A DNA stretch of 64,000 nt from Candidatus Methylomirabilia bacterium (GTDB taxonomy: Bacteria; Methylomirabilota; Methylomirabilia; Rokubacteriales; CSP1-6): the NCBI GenBank assembly GCA_041490825.1, contig JBGPTW010000004.1:31902-95901 (forward strand), written 5' to 3'. A program made the translations under genes and the position numbers. Shown in pieces: positions 19,602 through 27,375 of this stretch. A model generated the notes under the pieces. It made no database searches. It worked only from the letters and a program-made list of their open reading frames with translations, and was not told the DNA's origin. Position 1 is the stretch's first letter. The number at the start of each line of letters is the position of its first letter.

Positions 19602-20633
19602 TCATTCCGGAACTAGTACCAACTTCCCGAACGCCTCGCGCTGCTCCAGCAGCTGATGGGCGCGTCGGGCCTCCTTCAACGGCAGGACCCGGTCCAACAC
19701 AGGCTTCAGCTTCCCGTCGTTGACCATCTGGCTGATCGGAAACATCCAGGCCTTGCTTCCCGTCGTCGCGCCCAGGATCTTGAGATTCCGGAAGAAGACG
19801 TGGCGCAGGTCCGTCTTCGGAAGATACCCGGACGTGGCCCCGCACGTGACGAGCCGCCCGCCCACCGTCAGGCAGAGCAGGCTCCGCTCCCACACGTCCT
19901 CGCCGATGTGCTCGACCACCACGTCCACGCCCCGCTTCTTCGTGATCCGGCGCACCTCGTGCAGGAAATCGTGGGTTTTGTAGTTGATCCCGTAGTGCGC
20001 CCCCAAGGCCTTGGCCTTCTCGACTTTCTCGTCGCTCCCCGCCGTCGTGATGATGTTCGCGCCCACCATCCGGGCCAGCTGGATCGCTGCGCTGCCGACG
20101 CCGCTTCCCCCCGCGTGGATCAACACCCACTCCCCCGGCTCGAGCTTGGCCTTCGCGAAGATCATGTTCCAGGCGGTCCCAAAGGCCGCCGGAAGACAGG
20201 CGGCGATCTCGAAGGGCGTCTCGTCGCGAAGGGCAACCATGTTCTGAGCGGGCACCCTCACGAACTGCGCGTAGCCTCCGGGCAGGTGCTCCCCGATCAG
20301 CTGATAGCCGGGGCAGAGGTTGTCCCACCCCGACAGGCAGCGCTCGCACCGACCGCAGCTCACTCCGGGAGCGACGACCACCCGAGTCCCGGGGGCTAGC
20401 GCCTTGGTATTGGGACCGATGGCGGCTACCTCGCCGGCGATATCCACCCCGGGGATGAACGGGAAGTGAACCTTGAGGAACGGAAGGCCCTTGCGCATCC
20501 ACAGGTCCACTTGGTTGACCCCGCACGCCCGGACTCGGACAAGGACTTCGCCCTCGGCCGGCGCGGGATCCGGCAGGTCGCCGTAGGTCAGGACGTCGAT
20601 TCCGCCATGCTCGTTCAGGTAGACGGCCTTCAT
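19602..20633 (-). CDS. Zn-dependent medium-chain dehydrogenase/reductase (quinone oxidoreductase / enoyl reductase-like), tandem paralog A.
   Basis: 343 aa MDR fold: structural-zinc motif GCGRCERC and GGSGVGSAAIQLA NAD(P)-binding loop. Confidence 0.8.
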   Translation of the reverse strand: MKAVYLNEHGGIDVLTYGDLPDPAPAEGEVLVRVRACGVNQVDLWMRKGLPFLKVHFPFIPGVDIAGEVAAIGPNTKALAPGTRVVVAPGVSCGRCERCLSGWDNLCPGYQLIGEHLPGGYAQFVRVPAQNMVALRDETPFEIAACLPAAFGTAWNMIFAKAKLEPGEWVLIHAGGSGVGSAAIQLARMVGANIITTAGSDEKVEKAKALGAHYGINYKTHDFLHEVRRITKKRGVDVVVEHIGEDVWERSLLCLTVGGRLVTCGATSGYLPKTDLRHVFFRNLKILGATTGSKAWMFPISQMVNDGKLKPVLDRVLPLKEARRAHQLLEQREAFGKLVLVPE

Positions 20634-21664
20634 GCACTCCCCTCAGGGACCAGAACGAGCTTCCCGAACTGCTGACGTCCTTCCAGGAGTCGGTGGGCCT
20701 CCCGAGCTTCCCGCAGCGGCAACACCCGATCTAATACCGGGTGCAGCTTTCCCTCCTGCACGAGGCGAACAATCCGAAACAGGATTGACCGGCTCCCGGT
20801 CGTCACGCCCATGACCTGGAGATTCCGGAAGAACACGTGGCGAAGGTTGATCTTCGGCAGATAACCGGAACTGGCCCCGCACGTGACGAGGCGTCCGCCC
20901 GTGGCCAGACAGAGCAGACTGCGCTCCCACACGTCCTCGCCGATGTGCTCGATGACCACGTCCACGCCGCGCTTCTTCGTGATGCGGCGGACCTCGTGGA
21001 GGAAATCGTGAGTCTTGTAGTTGATGCCGTGGTGGGCTCCGAGAGCCTTGGCTTTTTCCACTTTCTCGTCGGTGCCGGCGGTAGTGATGACGTTGGCGCC
21101 GACCATTCGCGCGAGCTGGATGGCGGCGCTCCCGACACCGCTTCCCCCCGCGTGGACCAGGACCCACTCGCCCGACTCGAGTTTCGCTTTCTCGAAGACC
21201 ATGTTCCATGTCGTAATGAACACCGCCGGGAGGCAGGCTGCGGTGACGAAGGGAAGATCGGGCGGAAGCGGGACGACGTTCTGAACCGGGACTTTCACGT
21301 ACTGAGCGTAGCCGCCCGGAATGTTCTTGCCGATCAACCGATAGCTGGCACAGAGGTTATCCCGGCCAGAGAGGCAGTGTCGGCACCGACTGCAGCCGAG
21401 GCCGGGGTTGATGACCACCCGCGTGCCGGCCGCCGGCGCGTCCGCCGAGCCGGCAGCGACCACATCACCGGCGATGTCCTGACCGAGCGTGAACGGAAAG
21501 GGAACCCGCAGCATCGGCAACCCCTCGCGGACCCACCGATCAGCGTGGTTCAGACCGCACGCGGCAACCCGAACCACGACCTCGCCTGGTCCGGGCGTGG
21601 GATCCGGTAACTCACCATAGGTGAGCTTGTCGATACCACCGTGCTCTGTGAAGTAGACCGCCTT
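20630..21664 (-). CDS. Zn-dependent MDR oxidoreductase, tandem paralog B.
   Basis: Starts MKAVYFTEHGG. Its C-terminal half is about 90% identical at nucleotide level to paralog A. The 4-bp overlap with paralog A suggests co-transcription. Confidence 0.8.
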   Translation of the reverse strand, partial: KAVYFTEHGGIDKLTYGELPDPTPGPGEVVVRVAACGLNHADRWVREGLPMLRVPFPFTLGQDIAGDVVAAGSADAPAAGTRVVINPGLGCSRCRHCLSGRDNLCASYRLIGKNIPGGYAQYVKVPVQNVVPLPPDLPFVTAACLPAVFITTWNMVFEKAKLESGEWVLVHAGGSGVGSAAIQLARMVGANVITTAGTDEKVEKAKALGAHHGINYKTHDFLHEVRRITKKRGVDVVIEHIGEDVWERSLLCLATGGRLVTCGASSGYLPKINLRHVFFRNLQVMGVTTGSRSILFRIVRLVQEGKLHPVLDRVLPLREAREAHRLLEGRQQFGKLVLVPEGSA

Positions 21665-21803
21665 CATGCGGCGGTGGACAGGCGCGCCAAGCGTCGCACC
21701 CGATGATTGTACTCGCCCTGCACGATCTTTGCTGAGGATCCGCTCCCCGCGACCGACGCTCTTCGTCGCAATACCGGGACCCAAACAACCCTTGATGGAA
21801 CTG

Positions 21804-22220
21804 CTACACGCCCGGCGTCCCGGCGGGCTTGCCGAAGACGCGCCGGCCGCCGATTACGAGGGCGGCCAGGAAAACCGCGATGAGCAGTGCGCCGACGATC
21901 GTCTTTCCGCCGAGCAGCGCCTCGCCCGGATCGCGGGTCGCGATCGCCTCGGCGAAGAACACGGTCGCGGCGATTCCGGGGATGACGCCGAGCGCGGTGC
22001 CCGCGACGTAGTGGTGGACGCGCACCCCGGTGGCACCGATCGCCCAGTTGAGCGGCGGAGCAAGAAAGAGGACGAAGCGGAGGATGAGCATAGTCAGAAA
22101 GCCGTGGCGATCGAGCCGTTCGTCGAGTGCGCGCAGGCCAGCGAACCGGGTGGTCAGCGCGCGCTGGAACGCGTCGCGCAAGACCCAGCGTGCGAGGAGG
22201 AACGTCGACGTGGTGCCCAC
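21804..22220 (-). CDS. DedA/TVP38-family membrane protein, probably a C-terminal fragment or N-terminally frameshifted.
   Basis: 138 aa with the family's conserved region (GTALGVIPGIAATVFFAEAIA). Too short for a full DedA (~200+ aa), and an IS fragment lies upstream. Confidence 0.4.
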   Translation of the reverse strand: MGTTSTFLLARWVLRDAFQRALTTRFAGLRALDERLDRHGFLTMLILRFVLFLAPPLNWAIGATGVRVHHYVAGTALGVIPGIAATVFFAEAIATRDPGEALLGGKTIVGALLIAVFLAALVIGGRRVFGKPAGTPGV

Positions 22221-22491
22221 GACCGAAGCGATCCAGCCGTAGGCGAAGGCGTGCGGCCAGTCGAAGAGCAGGCCACCGAGGGCGATGAGTACGATCCCGG
22301 GAAGATGGAGGAAGATGCCCGCGATGCAGACACTGATGAAGACGAGCGGGCCGTAGGGAGCTTGCGCGTCGACCAGCGCGCGAATTCCCTCGAGCGTCAG
22401 GTGGCTCTCTGAGTCGAAGCGCTGGTGGGCCCAGACGCCGGCGGCGACCAGCGGAGCCTGTCAATAGGAATGAGACAGTCGGTTATCGAGT

Positions 22492-22947
22492 TTAGTGAGC
22501 GAGCGCCATCTCCTCGAGCGCGCGGGGCTTGGGGGGATTGATCCAGACCTCGGTGGGCACCGCGGCCGGCATCGGACGGCCCGCCGGGAACCGCTCCGGA
22601 TGCGCCGCGTACGCCGTGGTGAGCACTGCGGCGCGCTCGGCCACGCGCTGCGCGGCCAAGCCGACATGCACGTCGTGGGGCGTGAGCAGCCCGAGGCCGC
22701 TGTGGTGATGTGCGGTGTTGTACTTATGCGGGTGATCCGAGATCACCACGCATAAGCCACTGATCATGCGGGTGATAGGATCACCCGCATATCGGGACCA
22801 GGGGAAGAAGACCTGCCCGTGGGCCCGAGCGTCTTGGATCGAGCCGAACCGTTCCGGGAACGCCGGCCGGTACTTCAGCGTCTTGAACTGCGTCTCCGAG
22901 AACGGGTTGTCGTTGGACACGTGGGGCCGCGAATGCGTCTTGATCAC
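22492..22947 (-). mobile_element. DDE integrase core-domain C-terminal fragment (IS3/IS481-like transposase remnant) interrupted by a ~75-bp palindromic insertion.
   Basis: RPHVSNDNPFSETQFKTLKYRPAFPERF...HHSGLGLLTPHDVHVG...HPERF is an rve-domain C-terminus. No N-terminal part is present. Confidence 0.65.
22730..22795. repeat. Two tandem hairpins sharing the stem ATGCGGGTGATC (MITE/REP-like palindromic insertion).
   Basis: ttatgcgggtgatc-cga-gatcaccacgcataa, followed by atgcgggtgat-agg-atcacccgcat. Adds about 25 codons (RYAGDPITRMISGLCVVISDHPHKYNTA) to the integrase frame. Confidence 0.45.
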
Positions 22948-23030
22948 GCCGAGATCGGCCAGTAGGAGCCGATGCCGCTGATCAGAACGGAGCCCTTCTC
23001 GCTGCCGCTCATGGGACCTCCTTGGCGACT

Positions 23031-24809
23031 CTAGGGGGCGAACGCTCGGACCGGTTTTGCGGCTTCATAGTGTGCGGTCTCGCCAATCGGTGGTGGCGAG
23101 GTCTTGCGAAGACGTCCGTCTTCCCAGAGCAGAAAATGGTAGGACGGATCGTCGAGGTCATGGGGCAGTTCCAGGCGAACCCGACGGATGCCCTCCGCGT
23201 CGATCTCCAGCACCGTGGCCTTGAGGGCGGCCGTCTCGAAGACCGTTCCCACCGCGGGCGGAGTCACCGTGCTCCGGAACAGGCGCTCATACCGGTGCGC
23301 GAGCAACGCCGGGGGTCCGTAGCTCATGACCACCGTGCGTTCGCCGTCCCGGCGCCACCCCCACGGGCGCCGCGCCATCTGCAGGGAGTAGAACGACACT
23401 CCGGGGTCGTCGTGAAGAACCGTCCACGTGGGCAGGATGGTGAGCGCCAGGACGGTAGAAGGGGGATTGAGCAAGAAGACGTGCCGCGCACCGTGTTTTT
23501 CACGGGGGATTTCCGCCCGGGCAATGACGTCTCTGTCCGTCGCCGCCATATCATAAAACCAGTTGCCCCGGATCCACGTCATCGGGAGCGACATCACCGG
23601 ACCGCAGCAGAGCAACAAACCAACCAGTGCGTATCGCCCGACGCGGTACGGGCCTGGAATGTCGGAGCCCGACCGCAAACTCGCGATCAGCAAACCCAGC
23701 AGAAGAGCCGATCCCAGGGTCGCGTCCATGAGCAGACGATCGGAGGTGGTCACCCCGGCCGCCGGAGCCAGCGCGATTAGCATCCAGCCGGCGGCGTATC
23801 CCGCCAACCGTTGCGTACGCAACCGTCGCCAGGTGAACCAGGCGAGAAGGCCCAGCAACGGGAACATGGCCCACGCCAGGGGGCTCGCCCAGGACGGTTT
23901 CATGAACACGAGATCGGTCGAGACGCCGAAGAAGAGGCTCGCCCCAGCGAGGGGGACGAAGGTGGCGAGGCGGCTCACGAATGCACCCCACGAGTGCCAC
24001 GGGGTCGAGTAGAGCGCCGAGTTCGTCCCGTGACCGGTGAGGACGTAGCCGGCCACGTACAACGCCGTCGCCGCGACGAACACCCACATGACTCCGAAGC
24101 CGAGCACCCGCCGGAAGGACCGGATGAGGGTCTCGTTCCCGGGGAGCCGGTCTAGCAGCCATACGTACAACCCCACGAGGCCGACCGTGATGAGGGCTGT
24201 TTCCTTCGCGCCGCAGGCCAAGAGAAAGGAGGCGACCGCTCCGGCCAGGGCCCACCGGCTTCGTGTGCGGCAGTGCCAATCGACGCTCAACAAGGTGGCG
24301 ACGATGAACAGGTTGGCGAGCACCGTGTTGCGATTGGCGATCCACCCGACGGGCACGACGTGGATGTCGTCCAGCGCCAGAAAAGCCAGCGCCCAGAGCG
24401 CCGCCGCCGGTGAGGCGCCGAGCCGTCGGTACAACAGATAACTCAGCGAGAGCAGGACGCCGAACAAGAGGATGTTGGTGAGGTGATAGCCCGGCGCCCA
24501 GCCACGGTACATCAGATAGTCCGAGAGGAGGCTCAGGCTCGCCACCGGCCGGAAGAAGCGCACGCGAAAGTCCTCGGACGTCCACCAGGGATAGAGACCC
24601 AGCTTTCCGAGCGCCGCGCCGGGCTGGGGTCGGACGCCGTAGTCGTACAGATTCAGCGGCGAGACCTCCGGGATGGCGTCTCCGTAGCGAAACACCGCCT
24701 GGTGGATGAAGTCGTCCCACAGGAAGCCCCAGCCGAGGCTCGGGAGGTGCAACAGCATCCCGCACCCAACCAGCACACTCGCCCACAACCAGGACCTGGT
24801 TCGGCTCAT
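23031..24809 (-). CDS. Large polytopic membrane protein, GT-C-like glycosyltransferase (ArnT/PMT-like) with a C-terminal soluble domain.
   Basis: About 592 aa from MSRTRSWLW (ATG at 24809). It has 10+ predicted TM helices and then a ~170 aa hydrophilic C-terminus. The assignment rests on architecture only. Confidence 0.4.
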   Translation of the reverse strand: MSRTRSWLWASVLVGCGMLLHLPSLGWGFLWDDFIHQAVFRYGDAIPEVSPLNLYDYGVRPQPGAALGKLGLYPWWTSEDFRVRFFRPVASLSLLSDYLMYRGWAPGYHLTNILLFGVLLSLSYLLYRRLGASPAAALWALAFLALDDIHVVPVGWIANRNTVLANLFIVATLLSVDWHCRTRSRWALAGAVASFLLACGAKETALITVGLVGLYVWLLDRLPGNETLIRSFRRVLGFGVMWVFVAATALYVAGYVLTGHGTNSALYSTPWHSWGAFVSRLATFVPLAGASLFFGVSTDLVFMKPSWASPLAWAMFPLLGLLAWFTWRRLRTQRLAGYAAGWMLIALAPAAGVTTSDRLLMDATLGSALLLGLLIASLRSGSDIPGPYRVGRYALVGLLLCCGPVMSLPMTWIRGNWFYDMAATDRDVIARAEIPREKHGARHVFLLNPPSTVLALTILPTWTVLHDDPGVSFYSLQMARRPWGWRRDGERTVVMSYGPPALLAHRYERLFRSTVTPPAVGTVFETAALKATVLEIDAEGIRRVRLELPHDLDDPSYHFLLWEDGRLRKTSPPPIGETAHYEAAKPVRAFAP

Positions 24810-24901
24810 CGCTTTTCCGGTTTTGGACACACCTGCGTCGCGCCGCGCGACCTGAATCGACCTCAGATGGCTGATCGTTCTCGATTCGAGGTAACACATA
24901 A

Positions 24902-25320
24902 TAGGCTCGTCTCCCGAAAGTGTCACGGGAGTGGGAGGCCCGCGCAGCAGTGGTAGATGTTCGCGATGTACGTCCACGTCGTCCGATAGCCGTACGCCCG
25001 ATGGCTGATGACCTTGACCTTGTTGTTCCTGCCTTCGAGCGCGCCGTTGCTGACACGGAGCTTCGTCCAGACCAACACGCCGTCGAGATGGGCGCGCAGC
25101 AGCCGGGCGAGTTTCTTGAACGGCTCCAGACGGCTGTGGCTGGCGCGCCAGACCCACTGCAGGAGACGCCCGCCCGGCCACGCGATGCTGCGGTAGGTCC
25201 AGAAGCGGCGGAGATCTTCTTTGAGGACGTACGCCTTGACGATCGCGCTGCTGAGGCGCAGCAGGGCCGACAACCGGATGTGCTCGTCCTGAGCGAGATT
25301 CTCCGGATTCTTCAACCATC
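24902..25320 (-). mobile_element. ISL3-family transposase 3'-terminal remnant (copy 2, frame intact over about 130 codons) with terminal inverted repeat.
   Basis: ORF 24923..25315 reads ...LKEDLRRFWTY...VSNGALEGRNNKVKVISHRAYGYRTTWTYIANIYHCCAGLPLP. The IS end at 24902-24929 is the reverse complement of 11451-11478. Confidence 0.8.
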
Positions 25321-25700
25321 TTGACTATCTCGACGAGGTCGTCGGCACCGTGAGTGCTCAGATCGACGAGGTCATCGTGCCGTTCGCTGAGGCGGTGGAG
25401 CGCCTGGACACCATCCCTGGCGTGAATAAGCGAACCGCCCAAGCGGTGATCGCAGAGATTGGCGTGTACATGAGCGTGTTTCCCAGCGACCGTCATCTGG
25501 CGAGCTGGGCCGGTCTGTAACAGCCGAGCAGCAGATCATTGTCGACTACGCGGTGTACGCCAAGCGCCCCCGCGCTGTCGGCCACGGGCTCACCGGCCAG
25601 ACCTGCGAAGAGCGCAAGCAGATCGGTCATGACGGGGAAAGGTCGATTTGCTCCTGTGGGCGATCACGATGATCCCGGCTGCTGGAGCCTGGTGGTATCC
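25321..25700 (+). mobile_element. IS110-family transposase C-terminal remnant (Transposase_20 region), frameshifted.
   Basis: Reads DEVVGTVSAQIDEVIVPFAEAVERLDTIPGVNKRTAQAVIAEIGVYMSVFPSDRHLASWAGL then a stop. Weak continuation in another frame. Confidence 0.55.
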
Positions 25701-26263
25701 GGCGGACCAAGGAGATGGCGGAGTTTCTCTCGCAACAGCCGTTTCGCAACGTTGATACGCGATTTCACCGTCCCCAGGGGCACGCCGAGTAGCGCCGCAA
25801 TCTCCTGATACGGTAGTCCCTCGACGCTGTTCAGGACCACGACGATCCGGTAGTGCGGGGGGAGGGCATCGACGGCGTGTCGGACCAGCACTCGGCGCTG
25901 CTCGGCCTCGACACGCGCGGCCGGGTCCGTGCCTTGAGACGCGGCCAGGGCCGCAGAGACGTCGGGCGAGACGACGCGTCGGGTCCGATGACGTAGATGG
26001 GTGAGACAGAGGTTGAGCGTGATCCGGTAGAGCCACGAGTGGAAGGATGCATCGCCGCGGAACCGGGACAATCCCCGGTATACCCGCACGAACGTCTCCT
26101 GGGCGATCTCTTCGGCCACCATCCCGTCGCCGAGGATGCGCAACGCGAGACGGTCGATCCGCTCGTAGTGCTTGTCCACGAGGGCCTCGAAAGCCTTTTC
26201 GTCTCCACCGAGGAACCCTTCGATCAGCGCGCGGTCGTCACCATCCTCGTCAGCGCTTCGCAT
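25664..26263 (-). CDS. ECF (sigma-70 family) RNA polymerase sigma factor.
   Basis: Region 2 (FEALVDKHYERIDRLALRIL, ETFVRVYRGLSRFRG) and region 4 (LPPHYRIVVVLNSVEGLPYQEIAALLGVPLGTVKSRI). Confidence 0.85.
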   Translation of the reverse strand: MRSADEDGDDRALIEGFLGGDEKAFEALVDKHYERIDRLALRILGDGMVAEEIAQETFVRVYRGLSRFRGDASFHSWLYRITLNLCLTHLRHRTRRVVSPDVSAALAASQGTDPAARVEAEQRRVLVRHAVDALPPHYRIVVVLNSVEGLPYQEIAALLGVPLGTVKSRINVAKRLLREKLRHLLGPPDTTRLQQPGSS

Positions 26264-27365
26264 CCACGGGTTCCACGCGTCGGCCAGTCTTGAGCTTTGC
26301 CCGGCCCTGGTCGATCACCAGGTCTTGCGGGTTCAGGCCCGACACCACCTCCACCATGTCGTCGCCCTGGAGCCCTGTCTTGATGGTCTTCATGACGGCC
26401 CTACCGTCCTGCACGACGTACACGACCTCCTCGTTCCCGTGCTGGAGAATCACCGAGACCGGCAGCGCCAGGACACCGCGCTTCCGCGCGCTGACAAATT
26501 TAGCGCTTCCTGTCATACCGACCTTGAGGATCTCTTCGGCCGAGCTCACTCTCAGCTTCACCGAGTACCGCACACGCCCGGTGGGGTCCGGCGTGGACGC
26601 CACGGCGATCTCGCGCGTCGTGGCCTGGAGAACGCGCTGCGGCAGGGCGTCCATCTGCAGCGTCGCAGGTTGGCCGACGCGGACCTTCACGATGTCGGCT
26701 TGGTCGACGTCCGCATGAAACTCCGTCGATCCCAGTTCGGTCAGTTCGGCGACGGCTGTGGTTTGTGGCGTCTGGCCGGGAGCGCGCGCGTCGCTGTCGG
26801 GGACGATGCCTCCGACCTCGACGAATTTCTTCGTGACGATCCCGCTGATCGGCGCGACGATGGACGTCCGCGCCAGTCTCGCCTCGACCTGGGCGATGGC
26901 GGCCTTCCGATCCACGATCTGAGATCGATAGAGGTCCATCTGCCGCTCCGTGCTCTCGACCTCCTGCCGCGCCGCGAAGCCTTTCTCGTACAGGCGGCGC
27001 GTGCGCTGGAGATTGATCTCGGCGTTCGCCAGGTTGCTCTCCGCCAGCGTCAGATTCGCATGGATCTGGTCGACCTGCGCTCGAAGCTCGGACTGGTCGA
27101 GCTTGGCCAGGAGCTGGTCCTTCCGGACGTAGTCGTGCTCCCGGAAGTAGATTGCTGCGAACCGCGCTCCGGGCTCGGTCGTCACACGGACCGTCCGCAA
27201 GGCTTCCACGGCGCCGGTGGCCGTGAACGCTTCCTCGATCGTCGCCCGTGACGGTGTGATGACGGTGACCTTCTCGGGCTCCTCGCGGTAGAAGTACTGA
27301 TAGCCGCCCAAGCCGGCGGCAAGCAGGGCCACGACGATCAGCAAACTCTTGGTCAGACGTTTCAT
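26250..27365 (-). CDS. macA: Efflux transporter periplasmic adaptor (MacA/HlyD family).
   Basis: Signal-anchor, coiled-coil region, and a C-terminal beta-domain. Confidence 0.8.
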   Translation of the reverse strand: MKRLTKSLLIVVALLAAGLGGYQYFYREEPEKVTVITPSRATIEEAFTATGAVEALRTVRVTTEPGARFAAIYFREHDYVRKDQLLAKLDQSELRAQVDQIHANLTLAESNLANAEINLQRTRRLYEKGFAARQEVESTERQMDLYRSQIVDRKAAIAQVEARLARTSIVAPISGIVTKKFVEVGGIVPDSDARAPGQTPQTTAVAELTELGSTEFHADVDQADIVKVRVGQPATLQMDALPQRVLQATTREIAVASTPDPTGRVRYSVKLRVSSAEEILKVGMTGSAKFVSARKRGVLALPVSVILQHGNEEVVYVVQDGRAVMKTIKTGLQGDDMVEVVSGLNPQDLVIDQGRAKLKTGRRVEPVDAKR

Positions 27366-27375
27366 GAGGTGTACG

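Noticed and set aside
25664-26263. Whether the ECF sigma has its own adjacent anti-sigma downstream (below 25664).
   Set aside because: The region downstream is occupied by IS110/ISL3 remnants. No anti-sigma-like ORF is present there, so the only candidate is the zf-HC2 protein 4 kb upstream.
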